Source: Piromyces finnis finn
Lineage: Eukaryota > Fungi > Neocallimastigomycota
Direction: 5' to 3'
DNA length: 64,000 nt
Assembly: GCA_002104945.1 (NCBI GenBank)
Contig: MCFH01000030.1
Location: 372,001-436,000 of the forward strand
Shown here: positions 42,906 to 54,724 of the stretch, one piece after another
How positions within the stretch are numbered: position 1 is the stretch's first letter
Layout of the letters: each line of letters starts with the position of its first letter
Notes under the pieces: model-generated
What the model was told of the DNA's origin: nothing
Database searches by the model: none
What the model saw: only the letters and a program-made list of their open reading frames with translations
Program-made: the position numbers and the translations under genes

Positions 42906-43247
42906 TAAAACAATAATTGTAATAATAAAAAGTTTTCCATAATAAATTGTAAAAATTATATATTTTATATAATAACAAAAAAAATATTAATATATCTATA
43001 GTATTCGTTAAAATTTAATGTATTTTTTGATTTATGAAATGGATCATAAATCAATTAAAAATTATATTTTCTTACCAGCATAACTATTGGCTACATTAAC
43101 AGTATTATCTGAATTCCATTGACCTAATAAAACACCAACAACTCTTTTTTTTGTGTTCTTTGCAACACGATTGTAATGATCAACAACTGATAATAAAACT
43201 AATGGGTGAATAATAACATTAGTTGGAGTAGTTTCTGTGATAGTCAT
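41600..43247 (-). CDS. RPN8: 26S proteasome lid subunit Rpn8 (MPN domain), 4 exons
   Basis: [98 protein letters not shown]. Confidence 0.96.
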
Positions 43248-43827
43248 TATGAATTTAAACTGTTCGTTTATAATAAATTATATTTATAAATTATTATTTA
43301 TTTTTTTTTAATTTTTTTTTTTTAAGTAGTTTTAATATTGTGTTTGTTCTTTTTTTTTTTCTTTCTTTAAAAATTATACCTTTTAAACTTTCACAAAAAA
43401 GAAAAAGCTACAAGAAACAGAAATTAAAATATTTTATTTTATGGGTTTAAGTGAAAAAAAAAATATATATATAATAATAATAATAAATAATAATAATTTA
43501 TTTATTTAATATATTAATATTTTAAAAATTAAGAAGTTTTAATTAAAATTTTTATTCTTTATTAATAAACAAATAATTTAATGAATTAAAATATTTATTT
43601 TCTATGTTTAATAGAACATACAAGTAAATACAAAATGTAAAATTAATACATTATACAAAATTAAAATTTACCTAGAAACAATTGAAAACTGGGATAAATT
43701 GTAATTGGCCATATTTTATTATAATTTATATACCTATAATTAATTTTTTTTTTTTATTTAAAATAAATATAAAAAAAAAAAAAAAATAAAAGAAATTTAA
43801 AAATACAATATTTAAATAATATTAAAA

Positions 43828-44256
43828 ATGTCTTCAAACAATAACGAAAATACAAAAAAAGTTGATAATAAAATGAATCAAGATATTAAAGAACCAGAAA
43901 ATAAATCTTTTCTTAAAAATATCATTGATTCAGTTTTAGAAACAGGAATTAATAAAAATATTCATAATATTGCCAGAGGTGTATTTGTAGCAGCAATTCT
44001 TTCTGCATTAACTCTTGTTTTTATTTCAGGTTTTAACATCCATACTATTGTATTGACTTTCTTACTTATTGGTTTATTCGCTTCTGTTGAATTGTAATGA
44101 TTTCTAACAATTATTTGATATATAATAATATTGATATATATATAATTATTAATTTTTTTTAAATTTATATTTAGATTTAATTCTCAATTAAATGAAATTA
44201 AAAAAGAAGCTGAAAAAGAAAATAAGGAAAAACCTGAGGATAAGAAAAATGAATAA
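43828..44256 (+). CDS. PKR1: Small two-TM protein resembling V-ATPase assembly factor Pkr1; 2 exons
   Basis: SFLKNIIDSVLETGINK followed by two hydrophobic helices around GFNIHTIVL and a charged tail. This is the layout of Pkr1 (SVFEPG...NIHF); recognised by pattern only. Confidence 0.62.
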
Positions 44257-44301
44257 GATTTTTCAAATTAAATCAAATTTCCGAAAAAGTATTTAATCAA
44301 C

Positions 44302-44346
<45 letters not shown>

Positions 44347-44642
44347 ATAATAATAATAATAATAATTTAAATATATATATAAATATACAATAAAATGAAT
44401 TAAAATTTAAATCAAAATTAATAGATAAAATGAATAATTTATACATCAATAATAATAGATTTTTTTTATTAATGTTTTAATAAAAGTTTCATTTTACATT
44501 TAAAAGAATGTGAAATAATCCTTGACTATAAAGCTTACAAAATAAAATAAAATAAAATAAAAATTAAATAAACAAAATAAATAATTTATAATAATGGCTT
44601 ATTTATAGTTTTAATATTTTAATTTCCTATTTATCTATTCAA

Positions 44643-44694
44643 AATAATAATGATAATAATAATAATAATAATAAATAATAATAATAATAATAAT

Positions 44695-44784
<90 letters not shown>
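44643..44784. repeat. (AAT)n microsatellite, ~140 bp
   Basis: Seen directly in the sequence. Confidence 0.97.
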
Positions 44785-44960
44785 TATGAACGATTGATTA
44801 TAGTTTTATATGGTAATTATCATTAATTTTTAAATATTTATTGAAAATATATTCTTAATATGTATAAAATATAATATATTCAAATTTTATTAAAGAATAT
44901 TCGAATTTTTCTTGTTGTTTATATATTGAAATACAATAATTAACAATTTTAAATATATTA

Positions 44961-45050
44961 AATGTATATAATGTTTTCTAATTGGTTATATCATGTATTA
45001 TTAATGTATATAATGTTTTCTAATTGGTTATATCATGTATTATTAATGTA
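44961..45050. repeat. Perfect 42-bp tandem duplication containing ATTGGTTATA
   Basis: AATGTATATAATGTTTTCTAATTGGTTATATCATGTATTATT at 44961-45002 and 45003-45044, followed by AATGTA. Confidence 0.95.
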
Positions 45051-45163
45051 ATAAAAATAATTAATTTATTTTTTTAATTATAAATGAAAAATTTTTAAAA
45101 ATTACATAAAAAAAAAATAAATAAACAAATATTATATTTTCATAATAACTATAATAATAAAAA

Positions 45164-45994
45164 ATGAACAATTTACCATCTTATGATCAGGCAATAAAAG
45201 AAAAAATTATTGAAAGTGAAATTGAATGCAAAGGAAATGTAAAAATTATTATTCCTGGAAAAGAAACATATGAAATCCCAAGAAAAAATTTTTTTAAAAT
45301 TAAAGATTCAATTTTTGGAATTTCATTTATTATTGAAAATAAAACTGAATTAAAGTGGAGTAATAGTAATTCTGCTGTAGAGGATTTAGTAATTAAATTA
45401 ATTTCTAATAATGATACAAACTTTCAAATAAATGATTTCAATGGTACAATTTCAGAAATGATTGCTATAATCAACGAACTAAAAAGTATTGGAATTTATT
45501 ATTATTTTATAAATACAACACTTGGAACAAATTGGAATGAACTTATAAAAATAAATCAATTTAAAGATAATATACTTTCAGACGAAAAGTTATGTTTAAA
45601 GACAAGCGAATTATGGGTTAAAGCATTTAATGAAGCTATGAAATTACATATTTATTCTGGTGATTTTGAAATTACTTGTAATGGAAAAATTGCATTAAAT
45701 GGTAAAGATATTAGTAATAAGATCATGGTAAATTATGATGAATACGATATTAATAAAGAATTATTGGTGAATTTTTGTTTATATTCTGATTTGAATAGTT
45801 ATTGGGACAAGATTTTAAGTGGAATACAAGGGATGCTTTTTCAAAATAAAGATATATACAATGATGATAAATTAATTGAAAAGGAATCTATTTGTTATAA
45901 AAAACAAAATAATTGTTGTTATCAGTCCACAATTCATAGACATATTAAATTTAATTTGGTTCCTTACATTAATTATTTTTTAACAAGTAAATAA
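45164..45994 (+). CDS. Hypothetical protein, 276 aa, intronless
   Basis: 831-bp ORF with ATG, coding-like composition and an A-rich start context. No family recognised with confidence. Confidence 0.7.
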   Translation: MNNLPSYDQAIKEKIIESEIECKGNVKIIIPGKETYEIPRKNFFKIKDSIFGISFIIENKTELKWSNSNSAVEDLVIKLISNNDTNFQINDFNGTISEMIAIINELKSIGIYYYFINTTLGTNWNELIKINQFKDNILSDEKLCLKTSELWVKAFNEAMKLHIYSGDFEITCNGKIALNGKDISNKIMVNYDEYDINKELLVNFCLYSDLNSYWDKILSGIQGMLFQNKDIYNDDKLIEKESICYKKQNNCCYQSTIHRHIKFNLVPYINYFLTSK

Positions 45995-48783
45995 AATTAA
46001 TGAAGTATATGTAAAATAATGTATTTTAGATTATTATAGTAAAAATTTGATATGCTAATTTATTAAGTATCTTTTTAAAAAGAAACAAGGAATAAATCAT
46101 TAGTAACAAATTTGTTTATATATGCAATATAACATTGAAAGAATAGATTAAATATTTTATTTTTTACAATAAAATGAAACCTAAAAGCAATAAATATTTT
46201 TTGATAAATAATGATTTTTTATTGTCGAAAAAAAAAAATACTAGTAACAATACTGGTTATAAATATATATAAAAACAAAATTTATTTTAATAACAAAAAA
46301 TTTTTATTTTATCCCCCAAAAAAAATAAAATAAGAAAAAAAGACACAAAATAAAATAAAATAAAATAAAATAAATAATAATATTATTTTCCATATATATT
46401 ATATTATAATAAACAAAAAATCAATAATATTCATCAAAAATATTTTTCGAAAAATTACATAGATATATATATCTTTTGTTAATTGTATTTTAAAATAATA
46501 TTCTATTTAAATTAAGCATGTAATAAAATAAATATATTTAAATATTAAATAAAAACTAAACTAAAACAAATTAGCAAATTAGTTATACTTTTAAATCTAA
46601 TATGAGTAAACTTAAGATCGGTTAAAGCCAATGTATATTATCTATTTATTAATCTAATACTACTAATACTATTTATGATATATTTACTATTGAAATATTA
46701 TGTTTTTAAAATTATGTTAAAATTTTTATGTTCTAAAAACTTTTTAATTTTAAATTATATAAATTTTTTAAAATTCTTTTTTTCCTTAAATTTAAATTAT
46801 CCTAAAATGATTTATTATTAGATTATTCCATAAAATTTTTATATAAAATTTAAACTTTATTAAATATAAATTTATAAACTTCAACATTTGAATTTTGAGG
46901 CTAATGAAAGATTGTATTTCCTTAACATTTAATTGGTCAATATAAAATAAATAAAAATTAATAATTTTATTTTCATCTATTTTCAACTTATTTTTGTATA
47001 TTTAATAATAAATAAAAAAAATAGTTTTCTCTTCTCAACGTTAAATTCATATTTTCCTAATTTTTTTATTAATAATATTAAAAAGATTGTATTACCTATG
47101 TTTAAGCTTTTTCTAACATGTTAATTATAAGCTTCAATATAGCAAAAAAGAAAATAAATAAATAAATAAAAAATAAGGTTATTATAATATATGATATTAC
47201 ATTATTACATCATCATCTAAGTAATCACTAAGAATCTAAATATCATAATCAAATATTCAGAATACTTATAAATAACGATATCAACTTAAAAAAATGTATT
47301 CTTATAAATATGGAATAGATGAATAAATAAATATATATATAATAATAGTACATATCTACTATAATTACATAATCTATGATGTTAAAAGATACAAAAACAC
47401 TAACAACAAATTTTATAACTTAAAATTATGTTTTATTTATTATTTTATTTTCATTTCATTATAATAAAAAATATATATATTACTAATAATCTTCAGAACA
47501 CATAATATATAATAAATATTAATATTATGTGCTATAAAGGTTATTAGCTGTATTATTATAGAAAAATAGAAAGAATTGTAATATATAATATATAATTTAG
47601 AGGTAGTAATCAACAAACGAAAAGTTGAATTCTACTAGAAATTAAAATTTGACTTTACATATTTTTATATTAGTTAATATCTTTTAAATTTTTAATTTAC
47701 ATAAAATTAATGAAATAAAATGTATAATAATGTAATGTATATATAATGTAGGAGCATAATTCAAATGTGTGATCCATATAATTAGATCCATATATATCGT
47801 TATCGTTATAGTATTATAATTGAACAATTAGGTATTGAATATATCTCATTAATAGAGTATATTGGATATTAAAAGACATCTTATTCTTGTAAAATTTAGT
47901 ATAATATAGAACTATGGGAATAAAAGTTTCAACATTTAAAGTAAATAGAAATGTCAAAATATAATAAATAAAGTTTATAATAAAAATTTATATCATTTAA
48001 AGTTTAGTTTTTTCTACATAAAAATTAACACGTATGTTTTTACTCAAAATTTTTAGTATTCTAATAAATAAAGTTTATATTTAAAAAAATAATGGTTTTA
48101 TTTTATGTAAGAGTGTATATATGATTTATATTAATTCTATAAATATAATTATATAACATTTTTCATATTATTTAAAATTAATACTATACATACTAATATC
48201 CTTTTTATTTTTCTTTTATTTATCCTTTTTTCGATTATTTACAAAAGTTAACTTTTTTTTTTTTTTAAAAAAAAAAAACAAAATAAAAAAATAAAAAAAA
48301 TTATTAAAACTCGATAAAGGGTCTTTAAGATAATTTATATCTATAATAAAAATTTTGATATTCTTGATTAATTTGATATTAAAAGGTATTTTGTTTACAT
48401 TTATTAGAATATTTTGAGTACATATTTTTTTATACTTTATATAAGATTAATATCACGAAAGGATATGTAACAATTATAATAATGAATAATAAATAAGACA
48501 ATTATATTATATATTAATAAATATTTTATTATTAATTATTTTTAAAATAATTGTTTATTTTGTTTGTTTTTATATAAAATATTAGTTTAAAAGATTAATT
48601 ATTACTACTACTATTATTATTATATTTTATTAATCTTTATTTTATATTATATTCATTATTAATATTATTAATAATATATTCTGTATATATAGAATATAGT
48701 AAAAGACTTTTAATAAGTGAAGAATAAATTATTAATTGAAAAGAGAGAATAAATAAAGAGAGCAATATATTAATCAAATAATC

Positions 48784-50397
48784 ATGGATACAATAAGTTT
48801 AGATGATGATGATTATTTTGAAGATATTGATTTAGATGCTGATAATGTAGTTGATGATAAAGTTAAAGAAGATAATGAACAAAATAATAGATGGCAAATT
48901 ATTCATGAAAAATTAGTTCATGAAGAAATTGAAGAAAATCAAAAGAAAGATTCAAATCACGAAGATTCATCAATATTTAATGGAATTAATATAGAAAATA
49001 ATAATATTAATACTAATAATAATAATAGTAATGATAATGATAATATTAAAAAACCAGCAGAAAATAATCCATTGTTAAATTTCACAAGTCTTATAGAAAA
49101 GATGGAGGAAACACATATTTCAAAGCAAGATAGTATAAAAAAAGCAGAAGAGAGTAATTCAAAAATAAATTCAAATGATACAAGTAGTACAAGCAATAGT
49201 AAATATTCATTCACTTCCCTTCCAGGAAGAATTCAACTTGAAATTCTTTCCTATTGTTCAGAATCAGATTTATTTAATTGTCTTCAAACTAATTTCCAAA
49301 TTTCAAGAGCTGCCGCAATTATATTATGGGGTTCACAACTTCATTTTGGTGCAAATGATAAAGAGCGTTTAAAACTTTTTGTTGGTGCATTAAATAGAAA
49401 ACCACAAATCCATCCATACGCTTCATATGTACAAACTGTTACTATTGAAAATATTATGGATGAAATCCCAATGTATACAAGACAACCATGCTGGATTTTA
49501 GTAAGAGAATTACTCTTCCACTGTAGTAAAAATATACGTAGACTTAAGTTAGGTTTTCAAGATGAAAAGTTTTTTGAAATTAAATCATTAGAAGTTCCTG
49601 AAATATATTTCTCATGTTTGGAAGAGCTAGATATTGAACCTTATAGTGATGTATCACCAGAATTTGTATCTGATTTACTTAAAAGATGTGAAGCAAATGG
49701 AAGATTGAAAAAGCTCACCATTCCAAATTGCTTCTGGAGTTTCATACCATTCTCTGTTATTGCAGAAATTGTTCGTATTGGGCCATCACTAGCTCTTTTA
49801 GATCTTAGTGCCTATAAACAAACACCAAAGCAAAAACCAGAAAATTTACCAAAATTAACTACTGAAGCACAAATTAAAGAGTATAATGATCTTATGATGA
49901 TGCTTGCAAATAACTGCAAAAATCTGCAATTCTTGAATCTTTCACATAACATGTATATATATGATACAGTTGTTGAACAATTCTTAATAAATAATAATAA
50001 ATTGGAACGTCTAAACTTGGAAGATTCTCATCTTTCTGATTACACTTTATTATCATTATCCCATGATGCCCCACCAACAATTAGTTTTGTTGAATTAAAA
50101 TGCGGTTATATTGATAATCTAGAAAATAATAATCAAGCTCAACCACCATCCACTAAATTCACAACATCTGTTGTGGAAATGGTATTAAAAGAGTTAAATA
50201 ATCGTAAGAGTTTATGTGATGTTATTGGTTTATCTCTTCCGGATCGTTTAATCCAGCCTGGATCAACATCATTAATATCCACTAAGGTATGGTTAAATCA
50301 ATTGGAGGGTTGTACATTAGATGAAGAATTAAATAGTACAAACGATAATGGTTGGAGAAAATGGAGAAAATATGGAAAACTTAGAATTCTTGTTTAA
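48784..50397 (+). CDS. F-box / leucine-rich-repeat protein, 537 aa, intronless
   Basis: F-box-like FTSLPGRIQLEILSYCSESDLFNCLQTNFQISRAAAIILW, then RNI-like LRRs (LKKLTIPNC, LALLDLSAY, LQFLNLSHN, LERLNLEDSHLSD). Confidence 0.8.
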   Translation: MDTISLDDDDYFEDIDLDADNVVDDKVKEDNEQNNRWQIIHEKLVHEEIEENQKKDSNHEDSSIFNGINIENNNINTNNNNSNDNDNIKKPAENNPLLNFTSLIEKMEETHISKQDSIKKAEESNSKINSNDTSSTSNSKYSFTSLPGRIQLEILSYCSESDLFNCLQTNFQISRAAAIILWGSQLHFGANDKERLKLFVGALNRKPQIHPYASYVQTVTIENIMDEIPMYTRQPCWILVRELLFHCSKNIRRLKLGFQDEKFFEIKSLEVPEIYFSCLEELDIEPYSDVSPEFVSDLLKRCEANGRLKKLTIPNCFWSFIPFSVIAEIVRIGPSLALLDLSAYKQTPKQKPENLPKLTTEAQIKEYNDLMMMLANNCKNLQFLNLSHNMYIYDTVVEQFLINNNKLERLNLEDSHLSDYTLLSLSHDAPPTISFVELKCGYIDNLENNNQAQPPSTKFTTSVVEMVLKELNNRKSLCDVIGLSLPDRLIQPGSTSLISTKVWLNQLEGCTLDEELNSTNDNGWRKWRKYGKLRILV

Positions 50398-50697
50398 AAT
50401 ATATAAAAAAAATTTTTTTTAAAAAAAAAAAAAAAACTATGGGAAATAGAAAATTAAAATATAAAGATGTTAATACTTTAAACAAAATAAGTAGTTAAAA
50501 TATAACAACTAAAATTATAAATATAATAAAAATAAATATATGTAAAAAAAAATAAAATAATACAGTATTGCTAATAATCATTTTATTGTTTTCCTTTTTC
50601 AGATTTTGTTTTATCATTCTTTAGCTTATTTTATTTTATTTTATTTTATTTTTTTTTTTGACAACAATTAAATTGGTTCTATAACACAACATTTTCA

Positions 50698-50735
<38 letters not shown>

Positions 50736-50958
50736 TTTACTATAATTTTGATTTTGATTTGAAAATTTTATTTATTTAAATTAAATATTAAGAAAATTTC
50801 AAAAATTTTTTTATTCTCTATAATATTTTTATTATTAATAATATATGAAATTAAAAGATTAATTAATTTTCATTAGTTACTATAAATGAATTAAAATAAA
50901 TATTAATTAATAGCTGTTTTGAAATAATAACTTATTTAATGATTATATTCAGTAAAAT

Positions 50959-53691
50959 ATGGCTACAAAAATGTAAATTCCTTAGAAAGTTATTAAATAT
51001 ATAATATAATTATAAATTAATTAATTATACTTTTTCCTTTTATCAATATAAAGTCTTGTAACAGGTTCAATTAATGGAAATTTTTCATGCTTTTTTAAAA
51101 AGATTAAAAATCTAAATAAAAAATATGGACCTTTTGAAAGTTTATTTTGTGTTGGTGATTTCTTTTCTGATGAATTGAATTCAGAATATAAAAATCTTAT
51201 TCAAAATCAAATAGATAGTAATATTATTCAACTTTAATCAAATATTTAATTATTTAATATAAAAATAGCTAATCAAAATATCTTTACATAAAATATATAA
51301 TAGTTGATATTCCAACGTATTTTATTAAAGGAAAAAAGGAATTCAAAGAAGAAACTTTCCAATTAATTGAAAAAAATGGAGGAGAATTATGTAATAATGT
51401 AATATGTTTAGGACATCATGGGGTATATAACACATCACAAGAAATAAAAATTGTTTATTTAGGAGGAATAAATTCAAATAGTAATCAAAATACTGAAGTA
51501 AATATACAATTTTATTTTAAAGATAAATAATTTTTTTATAAAAAAAAAGGAATTGTTCAATAAATAATAAATTAAAATTTAATTTCATTTTATTATGTTA
51601 TATATATCATTAAAAAAAAAAAAAAAAAAAGAATGAAGAAAATATTTGCTATTATAATCAAAAGGATATTGAAGGACTTACAAAACCTTACATAAATAAT
51701 ATGGATAAAAAGGAAAATTTAGTAGATATTTTATTAACTTATGAATGGCCAAGTAATATAACTAATAATTCTCAACAAGCAAAAATACTAAATATAGATA
51801 ATTCTTCAGGTCAAAATGAAATAGCAACCTTAAATATGGAATTATCCCCACGTTATCATTTTGCAGCTAGCGAAAATGTTTTCTTTGAAAGAGAGCCATT
51901 CAAAAATCAAGCAGAACATCATACTAGATTTATTAGCTTAGGATCATTTGGAAATAGTAAAAAAGAAAGAGTAATTATTAAAATATATAAATTAATAAGA
52001 AATTATTATAATTTTTATTCCTTTTTTTTCTAATTTTAAATTAATAATATTAAGTGGTTTTATGCAATGAATATTAGTCCATTATCAAAAACATTATTTG
52101 AAACAATAAACAAAACCCCAGCTAATATTACAACAACACCGTTTATTGATTCAAACATTCAAAAAAGATCTTTAGAGGTATGGTAGTAGTAGTAATTTTA
52201 TGTATATTGTTAATATCTTTCATTATTCCCATTAAAAATAATAATAATAAAAAAGAAGGAAAAATAAAAATATAACTATAAATAATAATTATTATAAAAA
52301 TATTAAGTAAAATATATAATTCATATAAATATCATAGGATAATGATAATGGTTATTTCTTTGATCAATCTTCGAAACGTGTTAAAACTGATGGAAATGGT
52401 AAAATAATTATTTTTAATACTAAAGAAAAAAAGTAATTAAAAATTAATTTTATTTATATATTTATTAATGATAATAATAGTTCCACCCCAAGGTTATGTT
52501 TGTAACATATGCAATCAACCTGGTCATTGGATTAAGAATTGCCCTGAAGCTCAAAAAAAGAAAAAAGTTCCGGAAAGTTATATTTGTCGTATATGTAATA
52601 ACCCAGGGCATTGGATTACCGATTGTCCTGAAAAGAATAAAAATAAAAATAATAATCTACCAAATAATTATGTATGTCGTATATGTAATAGACCAGGCCA
52701 TCATATTCGAGATTGTCCAGAAAATAAAAATAAAAGAGGAAAAAGAATCAAAATTCAAGAAGATGGTATTTCTATTTAATAATAAATAAATATATATTAA
52801 ATATATATATGTATTAATTAATATTGTATATAAATTTTTTATTATATAAAGATCAATGCTGGTTCTGTTTATCAAATCCAAATGTTACAAAACATTTAAT
52901 TGTTTCTATTGGTGATGAATCATACCTTGCATTAGCTAAAGGAGGTTTATTAGAAGATGGAAGTCATTTCTTAATAATACCAATTACACATATTCCTTGT
53001 CAAAATAATTTAGTTAATGCACCAACTGACAATGATGATGAAGAAGTTGATAAAGATGCTCTTATGGCAGAAATGGAGAAATACAAGAAAATATTAAGAG
53101 ATTATTATGGATCCCACGAAAATAAAAAATTGGTATGTTTTGAAGTTTATGGTGGGTTTGATGGAAAAAGATATCGCCATATGCATATTCAGGTAACATA
53201 TTGTATAGAAATTGTTAGTTAAATATATTATACATATTTGTAAATATAGTTATTAAAAAGCATATTGCTAAATTAAAAATAAAAAAAAAAGGTTGTCCCA
53301 ATTCCTGAAAATATTGAATCCAAGGTTGAAGAAAGTTTCATAGCTGATGCTGAAAAGAATGGATTAATATTATCTGATTATCCTGTATGTATAGAATGAA
53401 TATAATTAAATAGAAATTTAAATGGTTTATTAATTTTTTTAAAAAAAAAAATATTCATTTTAGACGGACTTTCATGAAGCCTATATTAGAGTTGAATTAT
53501 CAAATGGAAAAACTTTAATATTTACTAAAAAAGAACCTAATGTTAGATTTAACTTCCAATTTGGTAGAACAGTTTTAGCTAATCTTCTCAACATTCCAAA
53601 ACGTGCTAATTGGAAACATTGTACAATTCCGGAAGAAATGGAATATCAACTTACTAATAACATAAAAGCTAAATTACAGATTGATATATAA
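50959..53691 (+). CDS. CWF19L1: CWF19-like protein 1 / Drn1 (metallophosphoesterase-like N-terminus, 3 zinc knuckles, CwfJ C-terminus), multi-exon
   Basis: KILVTGSING..KKYGPFESLFCVGDFF; VDILLTYEWP; PRYHFA; TRFISLG; CWFCLSNPNVTKHLIVSIG..YLALAKGGL; HMHIQVVP; FQFGR..LA..WKHC. Confidence 0.9.
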
Positions 53692-54724
53692 TATTATTTA
53701 AATTTTGACAAATATAGTTATTTAATAATTAATAATTAAATAATTTTAAATTATATAAAATTTTTCTATAATATGTTATTGAAATGGAATAATTTAATTA
53801 TAAATTTGATTTCTTAATTTATAAAGGTCTTATTTAAATTCTGTATTATAAATTATGAAATGTATTTATTAATAATATGATTGGTTATAAGCAAACATAT
53901 AAATACATTATAGATTTATATATTTGATTGGTTATAATGAGCTTTTATGTATTACACATTTAATTATAATTAGATTTTAAATATAAAAGTAATGCTTATT
54001 GATTTAATAAATTAATAGAAGTAATAATATGTATTTCCATATATTTAAATAAAGATGTTATTTTACAAACATTTATTTTTATATAGTGTTATACCTTTTT
54101 ATAAATAATAAAAATAAATTTATATTATTTTTCTCTTTTGGTAGGTAATATATCTTTTGTAACTTTTTTATATTATTATCTTAATTAATTTTGAAATTTT
54201 TTAAAATTTTTAATTTATATTTTCAATATATTATATATTATTGATTGTAAATTGGATGTTATATATTAATATATATTATTTTTTTTTTTTTTTTAATTTT
54301 AAATTATTTTAAAATAAAAATTTATAAGCACTTTTAATTTTTTTTTTTTAAAATTTTGCAAAATTTATTTATAATACTATTATAAAATTACTTCAAAAAA
54401 ATATATATTAATAAATTAAAAGTTAAACAAATTAAAATATTATTTATTGTTTTTTTTTTTTTAAAATAACAATAATAATATTTTAAAATTATCTACTTAT
54501 TTATTAATAATCTTTTTGAATAATTTTGTAATATAAGCATTAAGATTTTCATTTATTTTGAGAAAATCTAATTTAATATTTTTTTTTTATTTAAAAAAAA
54601 AAATATAATAAAATAATTAATAGTAATAATTAATTATTGAATATATCCAATATAATAATTATTCAATCTAATAATAATATATCCTCAATAAATATAATTT
54701 TTAGTAAATAACAAATAAAGAAAA

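Noticed and set aside
43248-43827. PACE (Rpn4) element upstream of RPN8
   Set aside because: No GGTGGCAAA or TTTGCCACC seen. The only near-match (TTTGCCACG, ~60148) is far from any proteasome gene.
8643-47792. Recurring GATCCAT (8644, 8834, 47771, 47785)
   Set aside because: Too short and too few to separate from chance without a background model.
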